DNA of 64,000 nucleotides from contig CAVXTW010000015.1 in the NCBI GenBank assembly GCA_963764695.1, forward strand, positions 93,845-157,844, given 5' to 3'. A program made the translations under genes and the position numbers. This DNA comes from an uncultured delta proteobacterium. GTDB taxonomy: Bacteria > Myxococcota_A > Polyangia > Haliangiales > Haliangiaceae. Positions 28,950 through 38,814 of this stretch are shown here, piece after piece; position 1 is the stretch's first letter, and every line of letters starts with the position of its first letter. Under the pieces are notes generated by a model. That model made no database searches and was not told where the DNA came from. It saw only the letters and a list, made by a program, of their open reading frames with translations.

Positions 28950-29114
28950 TCGTCCGTCGTCCGGGCCGCGCCGGCAATGGTGTGAGGTCGGGCACCGGAA
29001 ATCGACCTCGCTGGTGAGGTCTCAGTGGGATCGCTCACTGCGACGTCCAGTGCCGCCTTGATCGAGTCTGACTCGCGATCGATTCTGGTGGCGGGATCCA
29101 TCAAGGGGGGACCA

Positions 29115-30902
29115 ATGACGATGCGCAAGACACCCGCCAGCCGTTCAGGCGCGGCGTGGTTCATGGCGGCCGCGGCCGTCCTGTTCGCCGCGGCCTGCTC
29201 GAAGGCCGAGAGCCAGCACGCCGCAGCGCCGGCCGCGCCGCACGCGAGCAACCCCGGCGACGCCGAGCCGTCCACCGGAGAACCGCCGCCCGGCGATCTC
29301 AACAAAGTGGGCAAGGTGAGCTTCCCGACCTCGTGTGACCCGGAGGTGCAGGCGCAGTTCGAGCGCGGCGTGGCGTTCCTGCACTCGTTCTTCTACGGCG
29401 AGGCTCAGTCTGTCTTCGAGGACGTTGCCAGGCGCGATCCGGACTGCGCGATCGCGTACTGGGGCATCGCGATGACGCACTACCATCCGATCTGGGCGCC
29501 ACCGACGCCCGAGGAGATGGAGGCCGGGCGCAAGGCGGTCGGTCAGGCCCGCAAGGGCTCGGCGAAGACGGAGCTCGAGCAGGTCCTCATCGCGTCGGTC
29601 GCCGCGTTCTACGACGCGCCGGATGCCGGGCCAGAGGGCGCAAAGGCGGGCCCGGTGGCACTGAGCTGCCACGGGGTGGGCGGCCATCCGGCGCGGGCCA
29701 AGGCGTTCGCGGCCGCGCTCGAGAAGGCACACGCTCAGTTGCCGGACAGCGAGGAGGTGACCGCGTTCTATGCGCTGTCGCTGCTCGGCTCGGCGCCGCC
29801 GGCGGATCCCGAGCTCCGCAATCAGAAGCAGGCCGCCGCCATGCTCGAGAAGCTGTGGGCCGTGCGCCAGGATCATCCGGGGGTCGTGCACTACCTCATC
29901 CACGCGTACGACTACCCGCCGACGGCCGAGAAGGGCCTGCCGGCGGCCAGGGTGTATGCCTCCATCGTGCCGAGGGTCCCGCATGCGCTGCACATGCCCT
30001 CTCACATCTTCATCCGCCTCGGGATGTGGGCCGATGCGATCGAGAGCAACCTCGCGTCGGCCGACGCGGCGCAGGACTACACGGCCAAGAAGAGCCCCGG
30101 CGCCACCTCGATCGAGGAGCTGCACGCATGGGACTACATGACCTACGCGTATATCCAGACCGCGCAGGAGGCGAAGGCACGTGAGGTCGTGAAGCGCGCC
30201 GGGGCGGTGACGAGGACGTTCCCGCCGAACGACATCGCCGCCGCCTACGCGCTGGGAGCCATCCCGGCCCGCTTCGCGGTCGAGCGTCACGCGTGGGAGG
30301 AAGCCGCCGCGCTGACCGTCCCGGAGCGCGAGATCTGGGCCAGGTACCCGTTTGCCGAGGCCCACATCGAATACGCACGCGGGCTGGGGCGCGCCCACAC
30401 GGGCGACCTCGGCGGAGCGAAGAAGTCTCTGGCGCGACTGGCCGAGCTGCGCGACGCGACCAAGGATCCCAAGTTCGCCTACTTCAAGAACCACCTCGAC
30501 CTGCAACACCAGGCGGTGGCGGCCTGGGTGGCACATGCCGAGGGCCGGAAGGCGCAGGCGGTGAAGCTCTTGACCAGGGCCGCCGCGATGGAAGACAGGC
30601 TGGGCAAGCACCCGGTCAGCCCGGGGCCGGTCTATCCGATCCGCGAGCAGCTGGGCGAGCTGCTGATCGAGGTAAACCGCCCGGCCGAGGCCCTGGCCGC
30701 CTTCCGGGCCTCGCTCGCGATCTCGCCGCATCGCTTCTTCGGCCTGTACGGCGCGGCGCGCGCCGCCCGGCAGGCGAAGAACGACGACGCGGCGCGCGAG
30801 TACTACAGCCAGCTGGTCGGCATGGTCGGCGCCGATGCCCAGAGCACCGAGCTGTCGGAGGCCAGGGCCTTCCTCGCCGCGAACAAGAGCGCGGCGAGGT
30901 AG
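29115..30902 (+). CDS. Helical-repeat (TPR-like) lipoprotein of unknown function
   Basis: AAGGGGGG SD 4 nt upstream. Signal peptide and lipobox (WFMAAAAVLFAAAC). Long alpha-helical repeat region with no recognisable catalytic motif. Confidence 0.55.
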   Translation: MTMRKTPASRSGAAWFMAAAAVLFAAACSKAESQHAAAPAAPHASNPGDAEPSTGEPPPGDLNKVGKVSFPTSCDPEVQAQFERGVAFLHSFFYGEAQSVFEDVARRDPDCAIAYWGIAMTHYHPIWAPPTPEEMEAGRKAVGQARKGSAKTELEQVLIASVAAFYDAPDAGPEGAKAGPVALSCHGVGGHPARAKAFAAALEKAHAQLPDSEEVTAFYALSLLGSAPPADPELRNQKQAAAMLEKLWAVRQDHPGVVHYLIHAYDYPPTAEKGLPAARVYASIVPRVPHALHMPSHIFIRLGMWADAIESNLASADAAQDYTAKKSPGATSIEELHAWDYMTYAYIQTAQEAKAREVVKRAGAVTRTFPPNDIAAAYALGAIPARFAVERHAWEEAAALTVPEREIWARYPFAEAHIEYARGLGRAHTGDLGGAKKSLARLAELRDATKDPKFAYFKNHLDLQHQAVAAWVAHAEGRKAQAVKLLTRAAAMEDRLGKHPVSPGPVYPIREQLGELLIEVNRPAEALAAFRASLAISPHRFFGLYGAARAARQAKNDDAAREYYSQLVGMVGADAQSTELSEARAFLAANKSAAR

Positions 30903-30932
30903 CGTCGGTCGGGCGCGCGGCATCGGGCGCGG

Positions 30933-31403
30933 CTACCTGCGCGCCTTGTCGAGCCAGGGATAGCGGTCGACGTCGCGGGCGGCGTAGTCCGGGTCGAGAT
31001 AGATGAAGCAGCGGTGGATCTTCCAGTCGCGGATCTCGAAGACGTCGCACCACCGGCCCGCGCCCCAGTCAGGGACGCCAGCGCGCCACGGGCCGTCGCG
31101 GTGCTCGCCGTGGCTGGTCCCCTCGCAGACGACGAGGTCGCTGCCGGAGAAGATCCAGTTGAAGTGCGAGTAGTGGTGGACGATCGACTTGATGGTTCCG
31201 CCCACGTCGCCGAACAGCCGGCCAATCATCTCCTTGCCGGTCGCCAGCCCCCATTTCGGGAAGTAGACCTGCGCGTCGTCGGCGAACAGCTCGAGGATGC
31301 TGCCGCCGGTCGACGTCACGCCGCCGTTGTCGAACGCCTTGAGGTACTCGAGCCCCACCGACTTGCGCTGCTCGTCGGTCATCGTCTCCCGTGCGAGTGC
31401 CAT
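30933..31403 (-). CDS. NTF2-like/SnoaL-like small protein (ketosteroid-isomerase fold)
   Basis: 156 aa with a pattern typical of SnoaL_2/NTF2-like proteins (EYLKAFDNGG...HHYSHFNWIFSGSDLVVCEGTSHGE). Confidence 0.55.
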   Translation of the reverse strand: MALARETMTDEQRKSVGLEYLKAFDNGGVTSTGGSILELFADDAQVYFPKWGLATGKEMIGRLFGDVGGTIKSIVHHYSHFNWIFSGSDLVVCEGTSHGEHRDGPWRAGVPDWGAGRWCDVFEIRDWKIHRCFIYLDPDYAARDVDRYPWLDKARR

Positions 31404-31528
31404 GTCTCTCCTCCTCCGTCTGGTACCGACGGAATCAGGTTCCGCCCGGCCGCCGCGTTCGTCAAGGCCCGGCCGGCGCGCGGCCTGCTGACAGGACGGT
31501 GTCAGCAGCCCCCGCGTAGCCTGGCGTC

Positions 31529-32437
31529 ATGGACATGGAAATGGACGAGACGTTCGAGCTCGCGATCGATCCCGAGGGCCCCTTCTCGCTGGCCGCGGCG
31601 GCCGGCTTCCTGAGCCGGTTCGCGCCGCTGCGCCGGTCCGGCGCGTGCGCCGGAGGGGTCGTGCGCTTCGCCTTCGTTGTCGACGGATACCGGCAGACCG
31701 CCGCGGTGAGACTGAGGCAGGAGCCGGCCGAGGACCGGCGCGGCCGGGTCCACGCGACCGTCGTGGGAGCCGCCGATCTCGAGCGCCGCGCCGTCGAGGC
31801 CCAGGTCCGCCGCATCCTGTCGCTCGATCGCTCGGCGGTCGGCTACGCCGCGGTCGGCGATCGCGACCCGGTCGTGCGCCGCCTGCTCGAGGCCAGCGAC
31901 TACCTGCGTCCGGTCTGCTTCTACTCCGCGTACGAGGCCGCCGCCTGGTCGGTCCTGGTCGGGCGCGGGCGGATGGCCCAGGCCGCGTCGCTGCGCGCCC
32001 GCATCGCCGCCGAGCTCGGCGACAGCTTCACCGTCGACGGCATCGAGCTGCACGCCTTTCCGACCCCGGACCGCCTGCTGGATGCAGAGACGGTAGCCGG
32101 CGTGGGCGAGGAGCCGCTGGCCCGGCTGCGCGGCGTGGCCGAGGCCGCCCGGGCCGGTCTGCTCGACACCGCGCGGCTGGCGGCCATGGCACCGGAAGAC
32201 GCCATGCGCGAGGCGCGGCGCATCCGCGGCATCGGCCCCTTCTACGCCGCGCTCATCTACGTGCGCGCCGGCGGTGCGGTCGACTACCTGGCCGTCGGCG
32301 AGCCGCGCCTGCACGCCGCGGTCAAGCAGCAGTACGGCCTGGCCGAGACGCCGGGCACCGAAGAGCTTACCGACATCGCGGCTGCGTGGGCGCCCTACCG
32401 CACCTGGGTCAACGTGCTCCTGCGCGCCTCGGCCTGA
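31529..32437 (+). CDS. DNA-3-methyladenine glycosylase II-like (AlkA, HhH-GPD superfamily)
   Basis: AlkA_N-like N-terminal domain, helix-hairpin-helix GIGPFYAALIYVRAGG, and a conserved Asp (GAVDY). Confidence 0.7.
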   Translation: MDMEMDETFELAIDPEGPFSLAAAAGFLSRFAPLRRSGACAGGVVRFAFVVDGYRQTAAVRLRQEPAEDRRGRVHATVVGAADLERRAVEAQVRRILSLDRSAVGYAAVGDRDPVVRRLLEASDYLRPVCFYSAYEAAAWSVLVGRGRMAQAASLRARIAAELGDSFTVDGIELHAFPTPDRLLDAETVAGVGEEPLARLRGVAEAARAGLLDTARLAAMAPEDAMREARRIRGIGPFYAALIYVRAGGAVDYLAVGEPRLHAAVKQQYGLAETPGTEELTDIAAAWAPYRTWVNVLLRASA

Positions 32438-32444
32438 TGGTGGC

Positions 32445-34247
32445 CTAGTAGCGCCAGCTGCGCGTGTCGGCTCCCTTCGGCGCCGTGCGCAGGAAGTGCT
32501 TCACCAGCATCGGGATGAAGCGCTCGTGGTAGGTCAGGCGCGACTGGAAGTTCATGTGCTCGGCGTCGCCGCTCCAGCAGTGGCCATCGCGCGCGCCGTA
32601 CGCGAAGACGGCGTCGGAGCGCGGGTTGTCCACCTGGCGCAGGCGCTCCTCGACGAGGCGCACCGATCGGTCGAGGAAGTAGGTGTCGAAGTTGCCGACG
32701 TTGATGCGCAGCTTGCCGCGCAGCTTCGGACCCAGCCGCGCCCAGTCGCGGGTCAGGATGTGGCCCAGGTCGTAGTTCTCGCGCCAGTGCTCGGCGACGC
32801 TCCGGTCGATGCGGCCGGTCACCTTGTCGTAGATGCGGCGCGGGTAGCCGTCGTCCCCGACCGGCGAGTAGACCGCCTCCCAGATGTCGTACTGCTGGCC
32901 GGAGCGCGAGCGCGTGCCGAGCGCCAGCTCCTTGCGGTTGTCCATCTCGGTGGTGCTGCGCGCGGTGCCGTCGTCGTGGCGCTGGCCGGTGCGCGGCGTG
33001 CGGCGGAATGGCCCCTCCGCGAAATAGGCATTCTCGTCGCCGTAGATGTCGATGGTCGTGTAGGCGCGAAAGTCGATCGGATCGGGGCAGCTGCCGATCG
33101 CGCCGTTGTACTCGTCCGGGTAGAGGACCTGCGCGGCCAGCGCCTCCCAGCCGCCGGTCGAGCCGCCGTACATGCCGCGCGCCCACGCGCCCAGGCCGCG
33201 AAACTCCTTCTCGATGTGCGGGATGAGCTCGTGCGTGATGGCATCGCCGTACGGGCCGACGTTGGCCGAGTTCACCGCGTACGAATCGTCGTAGTACGGG
33301 TTGGCGTGCTGGATCTCGATCAGGATGACGCGCGGGAAGTTCTTGCTCCCCCACAGCTCGGCGAACCGGTGGCCGGCCTCCTGCACCATGCGCTCGTAGC
33401 CGTACTTCGCGCACTGGCTGCCATGTCCGTTGGGGCAGTGGCGGCGCAGGTTCTCCACATCCGGCTGCGGCAGCTTGGGATCGACCGGCGCCTCGCGGTA
33501 GCCGGTCAGGTTGCGGCTGAAGTGGCCGTGGTAGATGGCCAGCGGGTAGCGCGCGCGCGGGTGGCTCTCCCAGCCCTCCGGCAGGAGCACCATCGCGCCG
33601 AGGAACATGTCGCGGCCCCAGAACTTCGAGAGCAGCTCGCTCCTGAGCTTCACGCGGCGCACGCGGCGCAGCTCCTGCGGCGCCGGCAGCGGCGGCAGCG
33701 CGCGGTCGAGCACCACCTCGATGGTGCCGCCGGCGCCCGCATCGACGCGCATCCGCCGCGGCGTGGAGACCAGGTTGCCGGGCGCCTCGTTCCACTGCTG
33801 TCCCTCGCCGCGGTCGGGCGGCAGGCTCACCACGTGTCCGTCGGCGCGCCGGAAGGTCTCGTACTTGTGCAGCAGCGCCTGCACCATGTAGTCGCCGGGC
33901 GGGAGATCGGCCAGGTTGGCGATCGGGTACCCGGCCACGGCGCGGCCGCTGTCGACGACGCGGGATGTACCCGGCGCCCAGCCTTCGACGTCGATGCCGA
34001 ACACCTGGGCGGTGTCGTCGTTGTCGCTGACCAGATTTCGCGGCTCCTCCTCGCCGCGCGCGGACAGGAGCAGCAGCAGGCGCCCGGTCTGCGCCGAGTC
34101 GGCCACCGAAGGCGCCAGCCGCACCGACACGCGCAGGCCGGCAGCCGGGCCGGGCGCCTCGGGTGGCGATTCGCCGGTCTTGACCGGCGCTGCTGTGCAC
34201 GAGGCGAGGAGGAGGGCGGCCAGCCGGATGTTCATGACGCGCAGCAT
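32445..34247 (-). CDS. Secreted lipoprotein, putative serine esterase-family hydrolase
   Basis: Signal peptide and lipobox (LAALLLASC). Nucleophile-elbow-like GGSTGGW (G-x-S-x-G). Otherwise uncharacterised. Confidence 0.5.
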   Translation of the reverse strand: MLRVMNIRLAALLLASCTAAPVKTGESPPEAPGPAAGLRVSVRLAPSVADSAQTGRLLLLLSARGEEEPRNLVSDNDDTAQVFGIDVEGWAPGTSRVVDSGRAVAGYPIANLADLPPGDYMVQALLHKYETFRRADGHVVSLPPDRGEGQQWNEAPGNLVSTPRRMRVDAGAGGTIEVVLDRALPPLPAPQELRRVRRVKLRSELLSKFWGRDMFLGAMVLLPEGWESHPRARYPLAIYHGHFSRNLTGYREAPVDPKLPQPDVENLRRHCPNGHGSQCAKYGYERMVQEAGHRFAELWGSKNFPRVILIEIQHANPYYDDSYAVNSANVGPYGDAITHELIPHIEKEFRGLGAWARGMYGGSTGGWEALAAQVLYPDEYNGAIGSCPDPIDFRAYTTIDIYGDENAYFAEGPFRRTPRTGQRHDDGTARSTTEMDNRKELALGTRSRSGQQYDIWEAVYSPVGDDGYPRRIYDKVTGRIDRSVAEHWRENYDLGHILTRDWARLGPKLRGKLRINVGNFDTYFLDRSVRLVEERLRQVDNPRSDAVFAYGARDGHCWSGDAEHMNFQSRLTYHERFIPMLVKHFLRTAPKGADTRSWRY

Positions 34248-34301
34248 ATCGCCGCGGCCGCGCGCACGCTCAGCTGTCGACGACCGCCCTCCGGCCTGTC
34301 G

Positions 34302-34625
34302 CTACTGTACCGGTTCGGTCGCCGTGGACTGATCGATCACCTCGGCGCACTCACTGGCGCACTGCCACTGGTCGGCCTCGCACGCGTTCTGGTCAACGCA
34401 GTCCTCACAGCCCTCGAACTCCGGCGAGGTGTTGCTCTCCTGGTCCTCGCACTGCGCGATGCAGTCGTCGAGATCGGTCTCCGAGTCGGTGCAGTCGATG
34501 TAAGCGGTGCAGATATCGGAGCACTGGAGCAGCTCGTCCGCCTCGTCGCTGTCGCAAGCGCCGAGTCCGGCCGCGGTGCTGGTCACGCCGATGATGAACA
34601 AAGCTCCAAACAGCCAATGACGCAT
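34302..34625 (-). CDS. Small acidic Cys-rich lipoprotein (107 aa)
   Basis: GGGAGA SD. MRHWLFGALFIIGVTSTAAGLGAC lipoprotein signal, then eight Cys in an acidic CxxxC-type pattern (CSDICTAYIDC...CIAQCEDQ...). It was hidden inside a 702-aa antisense shadow ORF. Confidence 0.5.
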   Translation of the reverse strand: MRHWLFGALFIIGVTSTAAGLGACDSDEADELLQCSDICTAYIDCTDSETDLDDCIAQCEDQESNTSPEFEGCEDCVDQNACEADQWQCASECAEVIDQSTATEPVQ

Positions 34626-34793
34626 TGATGGTCTCCCAGCCAGGTTGTCCTGAAAGGTAGGCAAACGTGGTGGAGCAGCTACGTCCATTGGCTTTGGCGT
34701 TCGTGAGGCCAGAACGCAAGACAGGGACGCGAAATCTGGTTGTTTCGAGGCTCTGGACAGCCCGCCATCGCACAGTGTAATAGTCCCGCCCCG

Positions 34794-36725
34794 ATGAACC
34801 CGAAACACATTCGAGCGTGGTTGCTGGTCCTCGTCTGTGCCGTCGCCGGCACCGCAGCTTGCGGCGGCGACGATGATGGAGGCGGCGATGATGATGACGG
34901 CGGCGCGTCCGTTCGCTGCGGCGATGACGTGCTGAACGGCGACGAGGAATGCGACGGCACCGCGTTCGGCGCCAACGACTGCACCACCGCCGGCAACTTC
35001 GCCGGCGGCGAGCTGGCCTGCACCGACGTCTGCACCTTCGACACCAGCGGCTGCAACGCCGAGGCCGAGTGCAACAACGGCTTCATCGAGGAGGGCGAGG
35101 ACTGCGACGGCGACGCCCTGGGCGACGCGACCTGCGAGTCGGCCGGCGCCTTCACCGGTGGCGAGCTCGCCTGCGCGGACGACTGCTCGTTCGACACAAG
35201 CGGCTGCCTGGGCGGCGGCGGTTCGGCGTCGGAGCAGATCGCGGCGGCGCGCGAGGCGGCCGACGGCACCGCGCTGTCGCTGCCCATCGGCGGCGCCATC
35301 GTCACGTACATCCGGCCGGCGGTCGGCGACGATCCGGCCGGCATCTTCATCCAGGCCGAGCAGGCCGGCCCGGCGCTGTTCGTGGCCGTCGCCGCCGGCG
35401 ACCTGGACGAGGCGCTGGCGGTCGGCGACACCGTCAGCTTCACCATCACCGCCAAGGTGACCCAGGACGGGCAGCCGCGCGCCACCGCGGTCACCGGCTT
35501 CGCCATCGACGCGAGCGGTGGGGACGTCGAGGCGCTGGTCCAGGACGCCAGCGCGGCGACGGCCCTGCTGGCCACGGAGGCGAACCCCGACGTCGAGGAC
35601 TACGACTCGGAGCTGATCGTCCTGGACGCGACCATCCTGGCGGACTTCTCGTTCGCCGGCGGCGGACACGTCGCGGCCGCCATCTCCACCGAGGGGATTC
35701 CCGACGGGACCGAGGACGCGCCCCGCTTCCGCCTCGAGGCGACCCTGCAAGATAGCCTCGACCTCAGCGGCGGCTGCGTGGTCCGCATCGGCCCGACTCC
35801 GCTGTGGCGCTTCCTCGACGTGGCCCAGCCCGCCATCTGGGCCGGCGGCGAGGTCGCGATCACCAGCTGCAACGCGCCGCAGGTCGTCTCCGCCGCCGCG
35901 CCGACCGCGACCTCGGTGGTCGTCTCGTTCGACCGGCTGATCAATCCGGCCACCGTCCAGGCCGGCGACTTCAGCTTCGACCCGGCGCTCGACGTCACCG
36001 CCGTCGCTGTTGCGGGCCGCCAGGTGACCCTCACCACCGAGACCCAGGTGGGCGAGACCGACTACACCCTCACCGTGGCCGCCGTGAGCGATACGCGCGG
36101 CTCGGCGATCGACGCGGCCGCCGACACTGCCAGCTTCACCGGCTTCGGGGGAGACCTGCCGCAGCAGCTGTTCATCTGGGAGGTGGAGACCGATCAGGTC
36201 AGCGATCCGGAGGACGGCGAGTTCATCGAGGTGTGGAACAACACCGGCGCGGCGATCAACTTCGCCAACCAGGGCTGGTACCTCCTGCTCATGAACGGCA
36301 ACGGCGACGTCGCCTACCGTGTGGTCAAGCTCGGACCGGACGCGGGCACGCTCGCCGCCGATGGCGTGTGGACCGTGGGCAACACCGGCGGCGCGGTGGA
36401 CGTCGATCAAGATGAGCTCCCGATCGGGAATCTTCAGAACGGCACCGACGGCCTCCTGCTGATCCGCTGCGACGCGTGCACGGGCGTCGCCGACTTCGGC
36501 GCCAGCTTCGACCCCGGCACCGGAAACACCGTGACTGCCACGAGCGGGGCCGCCGGCACCAAGGTGGACGCCATCGTCTACGGCCGGAACGACCAGCTCG
36601 ATCCGGAGCTGGCCGCCAAGTGCCTCGGCGTGACCCAGGTCGTGGACGACACCGCGAACGACTCGCTGCAGCGCACCTCGGCGTCGTCCTGGTCGCTGGC
36701 GCCGTCCACGCCCGGCGTGGAATAG
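34794..36725 (+). CDS. Secreted lipoprotein with Myxococcales-type Cys-rich repeats and a C-terminal lamin-tail domain (LTD)
   Basis: Signal peptide and lipobox (LLVLVCAVAGTAAC) and a Gly/Asp linker. Three CGDxxLNGDEECDG-like repeats. LTD-like FIEVWNNTGAAINFANQGWYLLLMNG. Confidence 0.7.
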   Translation: MNPKHIRAWLLVLVCAVAGTAACGGDDDGGGDDDDGGASVRCGDDVLNGDEECDGTAFGANDCTTAGNFAGGELACTDVCTFDTSGCNAEAECNNGFIEEGEDCDGDALGDATCESAGAFTGGELACADDCSFDTSGCLGGGGSASEQIAAAREAADGTALSLPIGGAIVTYIRPAVGDDPAGIFIQAEQAGPALFVAVAAGDLDEALAVGDTVSFTITAKVTQDGQPRATAVTGFAIDASGGDVEALVQDASAATALLATEANPDVEDYDSELIVLDATILADFSFAGGGHVAAAISTEGIPDGTEDAPRFRLEATLQDSLDLSGGCVVRIGPTPLWRFLDVAQPAIWAGGEVAITSCNAPQVVSAAAPTATSVVVSFDRLINPATVQAGDFSFDPALDVTAVAVAGRQVTLTTETQVGETDYTLTVAAVSDTRGSAIDAAADTASFTGFGGDLPQQLFIWEVETDQVSDPEDGEFIEVWNNTGAAINFANQGWYLLLMNGNGDVAYRVVKLGPDAGTLAADGVWTVGNTGGAVDVDQDELPIGNLQNGTDGLLLIRCDACTGVADFGASFDPGTGNTVTATSGAAGTKVDAIVYGRNDQLDPELAAKCLGVTQVVDDTANDSLQRTSASSWSLAPSTPGVE

Positions 36726-36786
36726 CTCGATCGCGTAGCGCCGGCCGGGCCGCGGGCATCCATGCCGCAGCCCGGCCGCGCCGCAG

Positions 36787-37443
36787 CTACTTCGGCTGCG
36801 GGACGATGCGCAGGTAGGGCCTGGGCGACTTCCAGCCGCCCGGGAACTTCTTCCTGGCGTCCTCCTCGGAGACCGACGGCGGGATGATGACGTCCTCGCC
36901 CGGCTTCCAGTTGACCGGGGTCGCCACGTTGTGGCGCGCGGTGAGCTGGATCGAGTCGATCACGCGCAGGACCTCGTCGAAGTTGCGGCCGGTGCTCATC
37001 GGGTAGGTGAGCGTCAGCTTGATCTTCTTGTCCGGCCCGACCACGAACACCGAGCGAATCGTGGCGTTGTCGGCCGCGGTGCGCGGCTTGTCGCCGGTCG
37101 CGTTGGGATGGATCATGTCGTAGAGCTTCGCCACCGTCAGATCGGCGTCGCCGATGATCGGGTAGTTGGGCGCCGTCCCCTGGGTCTCCTCGATGTCCTT
37201 GGCCCATCGCGCGTGATCGGTCACCGGGTCGATGCTCAGGCCGAGGACCTTGACGTTGCGCCGCTCGAACTCCGGCTTGAGCCTGGCCATGTAGCCCAGC
37301 TCGGTGGTGCAGACCGGCGTGAAGTCTTTCGGGTGCGAGAAAAGGACCGCCCACCCGTCGCCGATCCACTCGTGGAAATCGATCTTGCCTTCCGTGGTCT
37401 CCGCCTTGAAGTTCGGAGCCTCGTCTCCAATCCGAAGCGACAT
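36787..37443 (-). CDS. 1-Cys peroxiredoxin (Prx6-like)
   Basis: GGAGGAGGAG SD. MSLRIGDEAPNF...FTPVCTTE peroxidatic-Cys motif. Track ORF extension upstream is shadow sequence. Confidence 0.9.
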   Translation of the reverse strand: MSLRIGDEAPNFKAETTEGKIDFHEWIGDGWAVLFSHPKDFTPVCTTELGYMARLKPEFERRNVKVLGLSIDPVTDHARWAKDIEETQGTAPNYPIIGDADLTVAKLYDMIHPNATGDKPRTAADNATIRSVFVVGPDKKIKLTLTYPMSTGRNFDEVLRVIDSIQLTARHNVATPVNWKPGEDVIIPPSVSEEDARKKFPGGWKSPRPYLRIVPQPK

Positions 37444-37692
37444 TGTCTTTCTCCTCCTCCGTGCGTGGCAGTCGCGACCGCGGGGAAAGCATGCGGCACC
37501 CCGGGCGGGCGTCCAGTGCCGCGGGCCCGCTTCCGGCGTCCCCGGCGCTCGGTCCCATGCGCGCGGCCCATGAGACGGAGGCCCACCCCGGCAGCTCGCC
37601 GCGCCGGCCGGCCCGCCGGCTCGCCGCGCCGCCGACACAGCTCGCCGAAATCCCCCGCCGCAGACCCGGGCGGCCGGGGATACTCGTAGGCG

Positions 37693-38814
37693 ATGCCAGG
37701 GGCGGAAACGGAGCGGGCCGGGAGCCGTCTGGCGCGCGCGCTGTCAACCTGGTGGGCGCGCTCCGGCCCCGCCGTCACCATCGTCCTGGCGTTCTGGACC
37801 CTGTTCGGCGTGGTCTGCGCGGCGGCGGGGTACTGGCAGGTGCGCACGCACGGCCACTCCGCCGTCCGCCTCTTTGCCTGCGAGCTGGTGACCTGGTACG
37901 CGTGGGCGGCGGTCACGCCGGTGGTCGTGTGGCTGGGCCGGCGCGCGCCGCTCGTCCCGTTCTCGCTGCGCGCCAGCTTCGTGCACCTCGCCGTCGCCGT
38001 CCTCGGCGGCGTGCTCCACTCCGCGTGGTGGATGGCGGTGCACGTGTGGATGCAGCCGTACGACCACATGGGACTCCAGGAGTTCGACCCCGGCCGGGTG
38101 CTGGACGTCAACAAGCTGTTCCTCGAGGCGATGATCTACTTCGCCATCCTCGGCATCACCTACGCGGCCGACACCCAGCGCAGGCTGCGCCAGCGCGAGA
38201 TCACCGCGCTCCAGCTCGAGAAGTCGCTGGCCCATGCCAGCCTGCACGCGCTCGAGCTGCAGATGCAGCCCCACTTCCTGTTCAACACGCTGCACGCGAT
38301 CGGCGGCCTGGTGCGCGTGGGCCGCAGCGCCGAGGCGGTCGAGATGATCGCCGGCCTGAGCGACCTGCTGCGCTACTCGCTCGACCAGGCCGGCGAGCAC
38401 CTCGTCCCGCTGGGCCGCGAGGTCGGCATCCTGCGCCGCTATCTCGACATCCAGCGCATCCGCTTCCCGGACCGCCTCGCCGTCGACATCCACGTGCCCG
38501 ACGATCTCAAGCGCGCCTGCGTGCCGGCCATGATGCTGCAGCCGCTGGCCGAGAACGCGATCCGGCACGGCATCGAGCCGTCGGCCGCGTCCGGCCGGAT
38601 CGAGGCGCGCGCGTGGCGCGACGGCGACCAGCTCCACCTCGAGCTCTTCAGCAGCGGATCGCTGCACGAGCCGGTCCGCCGCGGCATCGGGCTGGAGAAC
38701 ACGCGCGCGCGGCTGGAGCAGCTGTACGGCGGCCGCCACACCTTCACGCTGCGCAACGCGCGCGGCGGCGTTGTCGCCAGCCTGATCCTTCCGTTCGAGG
38801 AGGAGCGGGCTTGA
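37693..38814 (+). CDS. LytS/YehU-type membrane sensor histidine kinase (His_kinase PF06580-type)
   Basis: Four TM helices, then HFLFNTLHAI H-box and HATPase (NAIRHGIEP...GIGLENTRARL). Confidence 0.8.
   Translation: MPGAETERAGSRLARALSTWWARSGPAVTIVLAFWTLFGVVCAAAGYWQVRTHGHSAVRLFACELVTWYAWAAVTPVVVWLGRRAPLVPFSLRASFVHLAVAVLGGVLHSAWWMAVHVWMQPYDHMGLQEFDPGRVLDVNKLFLEAMIYFAILGITYAADTQRRLRQREITALQLEKSLAHASLHALELQMQPHFLFNTLHAIGGLVRVGRSAEAVEMIAGLSDLLRYSLDQAGEHLVPLGREVGILRRYLDIQRIRFPDRLAVDIHVPDDLKRACVPAMMLQPLAENAIRHGIEPSAASGRIEARAWRDGDQLHLELFSSGSLHEPVRRGIGLENTRARLEQLYGGRHTFTLRNARGGVVASLILPFEEERA

Noticed and set aside
25503-29017. ORFs 25503-28586(-) and 26177-29017(+) inside the helicase gene
   Set aside because: The helicase frame carries the ordered SF1 motifs (Walker A and B, AAA_12 motifs, motif VI). 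The alternatives are shadow frames.
28950-29114. GAGGTCG-N12-CGACCTC hairpin plus GGTG(T)GAGGTC direct repeat after the helicase stop
   Set aside because: Short stem and no U-tract. Possibly a weak terminator, but not strong enough to call.
32274-34628. ORFs 32274-34628(+) and 32395-34200(-)
   Set aside because: Shadow frames of the 600-aa secreted esterase-like gene (32445-34247, minus), which has a lipoprotein signal peptide.
34302-36410. 702-aa minus-strand ORF
   Set aside because: Only its last 107 codons (34302-34625) form a plausible gene, a lipoprotein with its own SD. The rest is antisense to the LTD lipoprotein gene.
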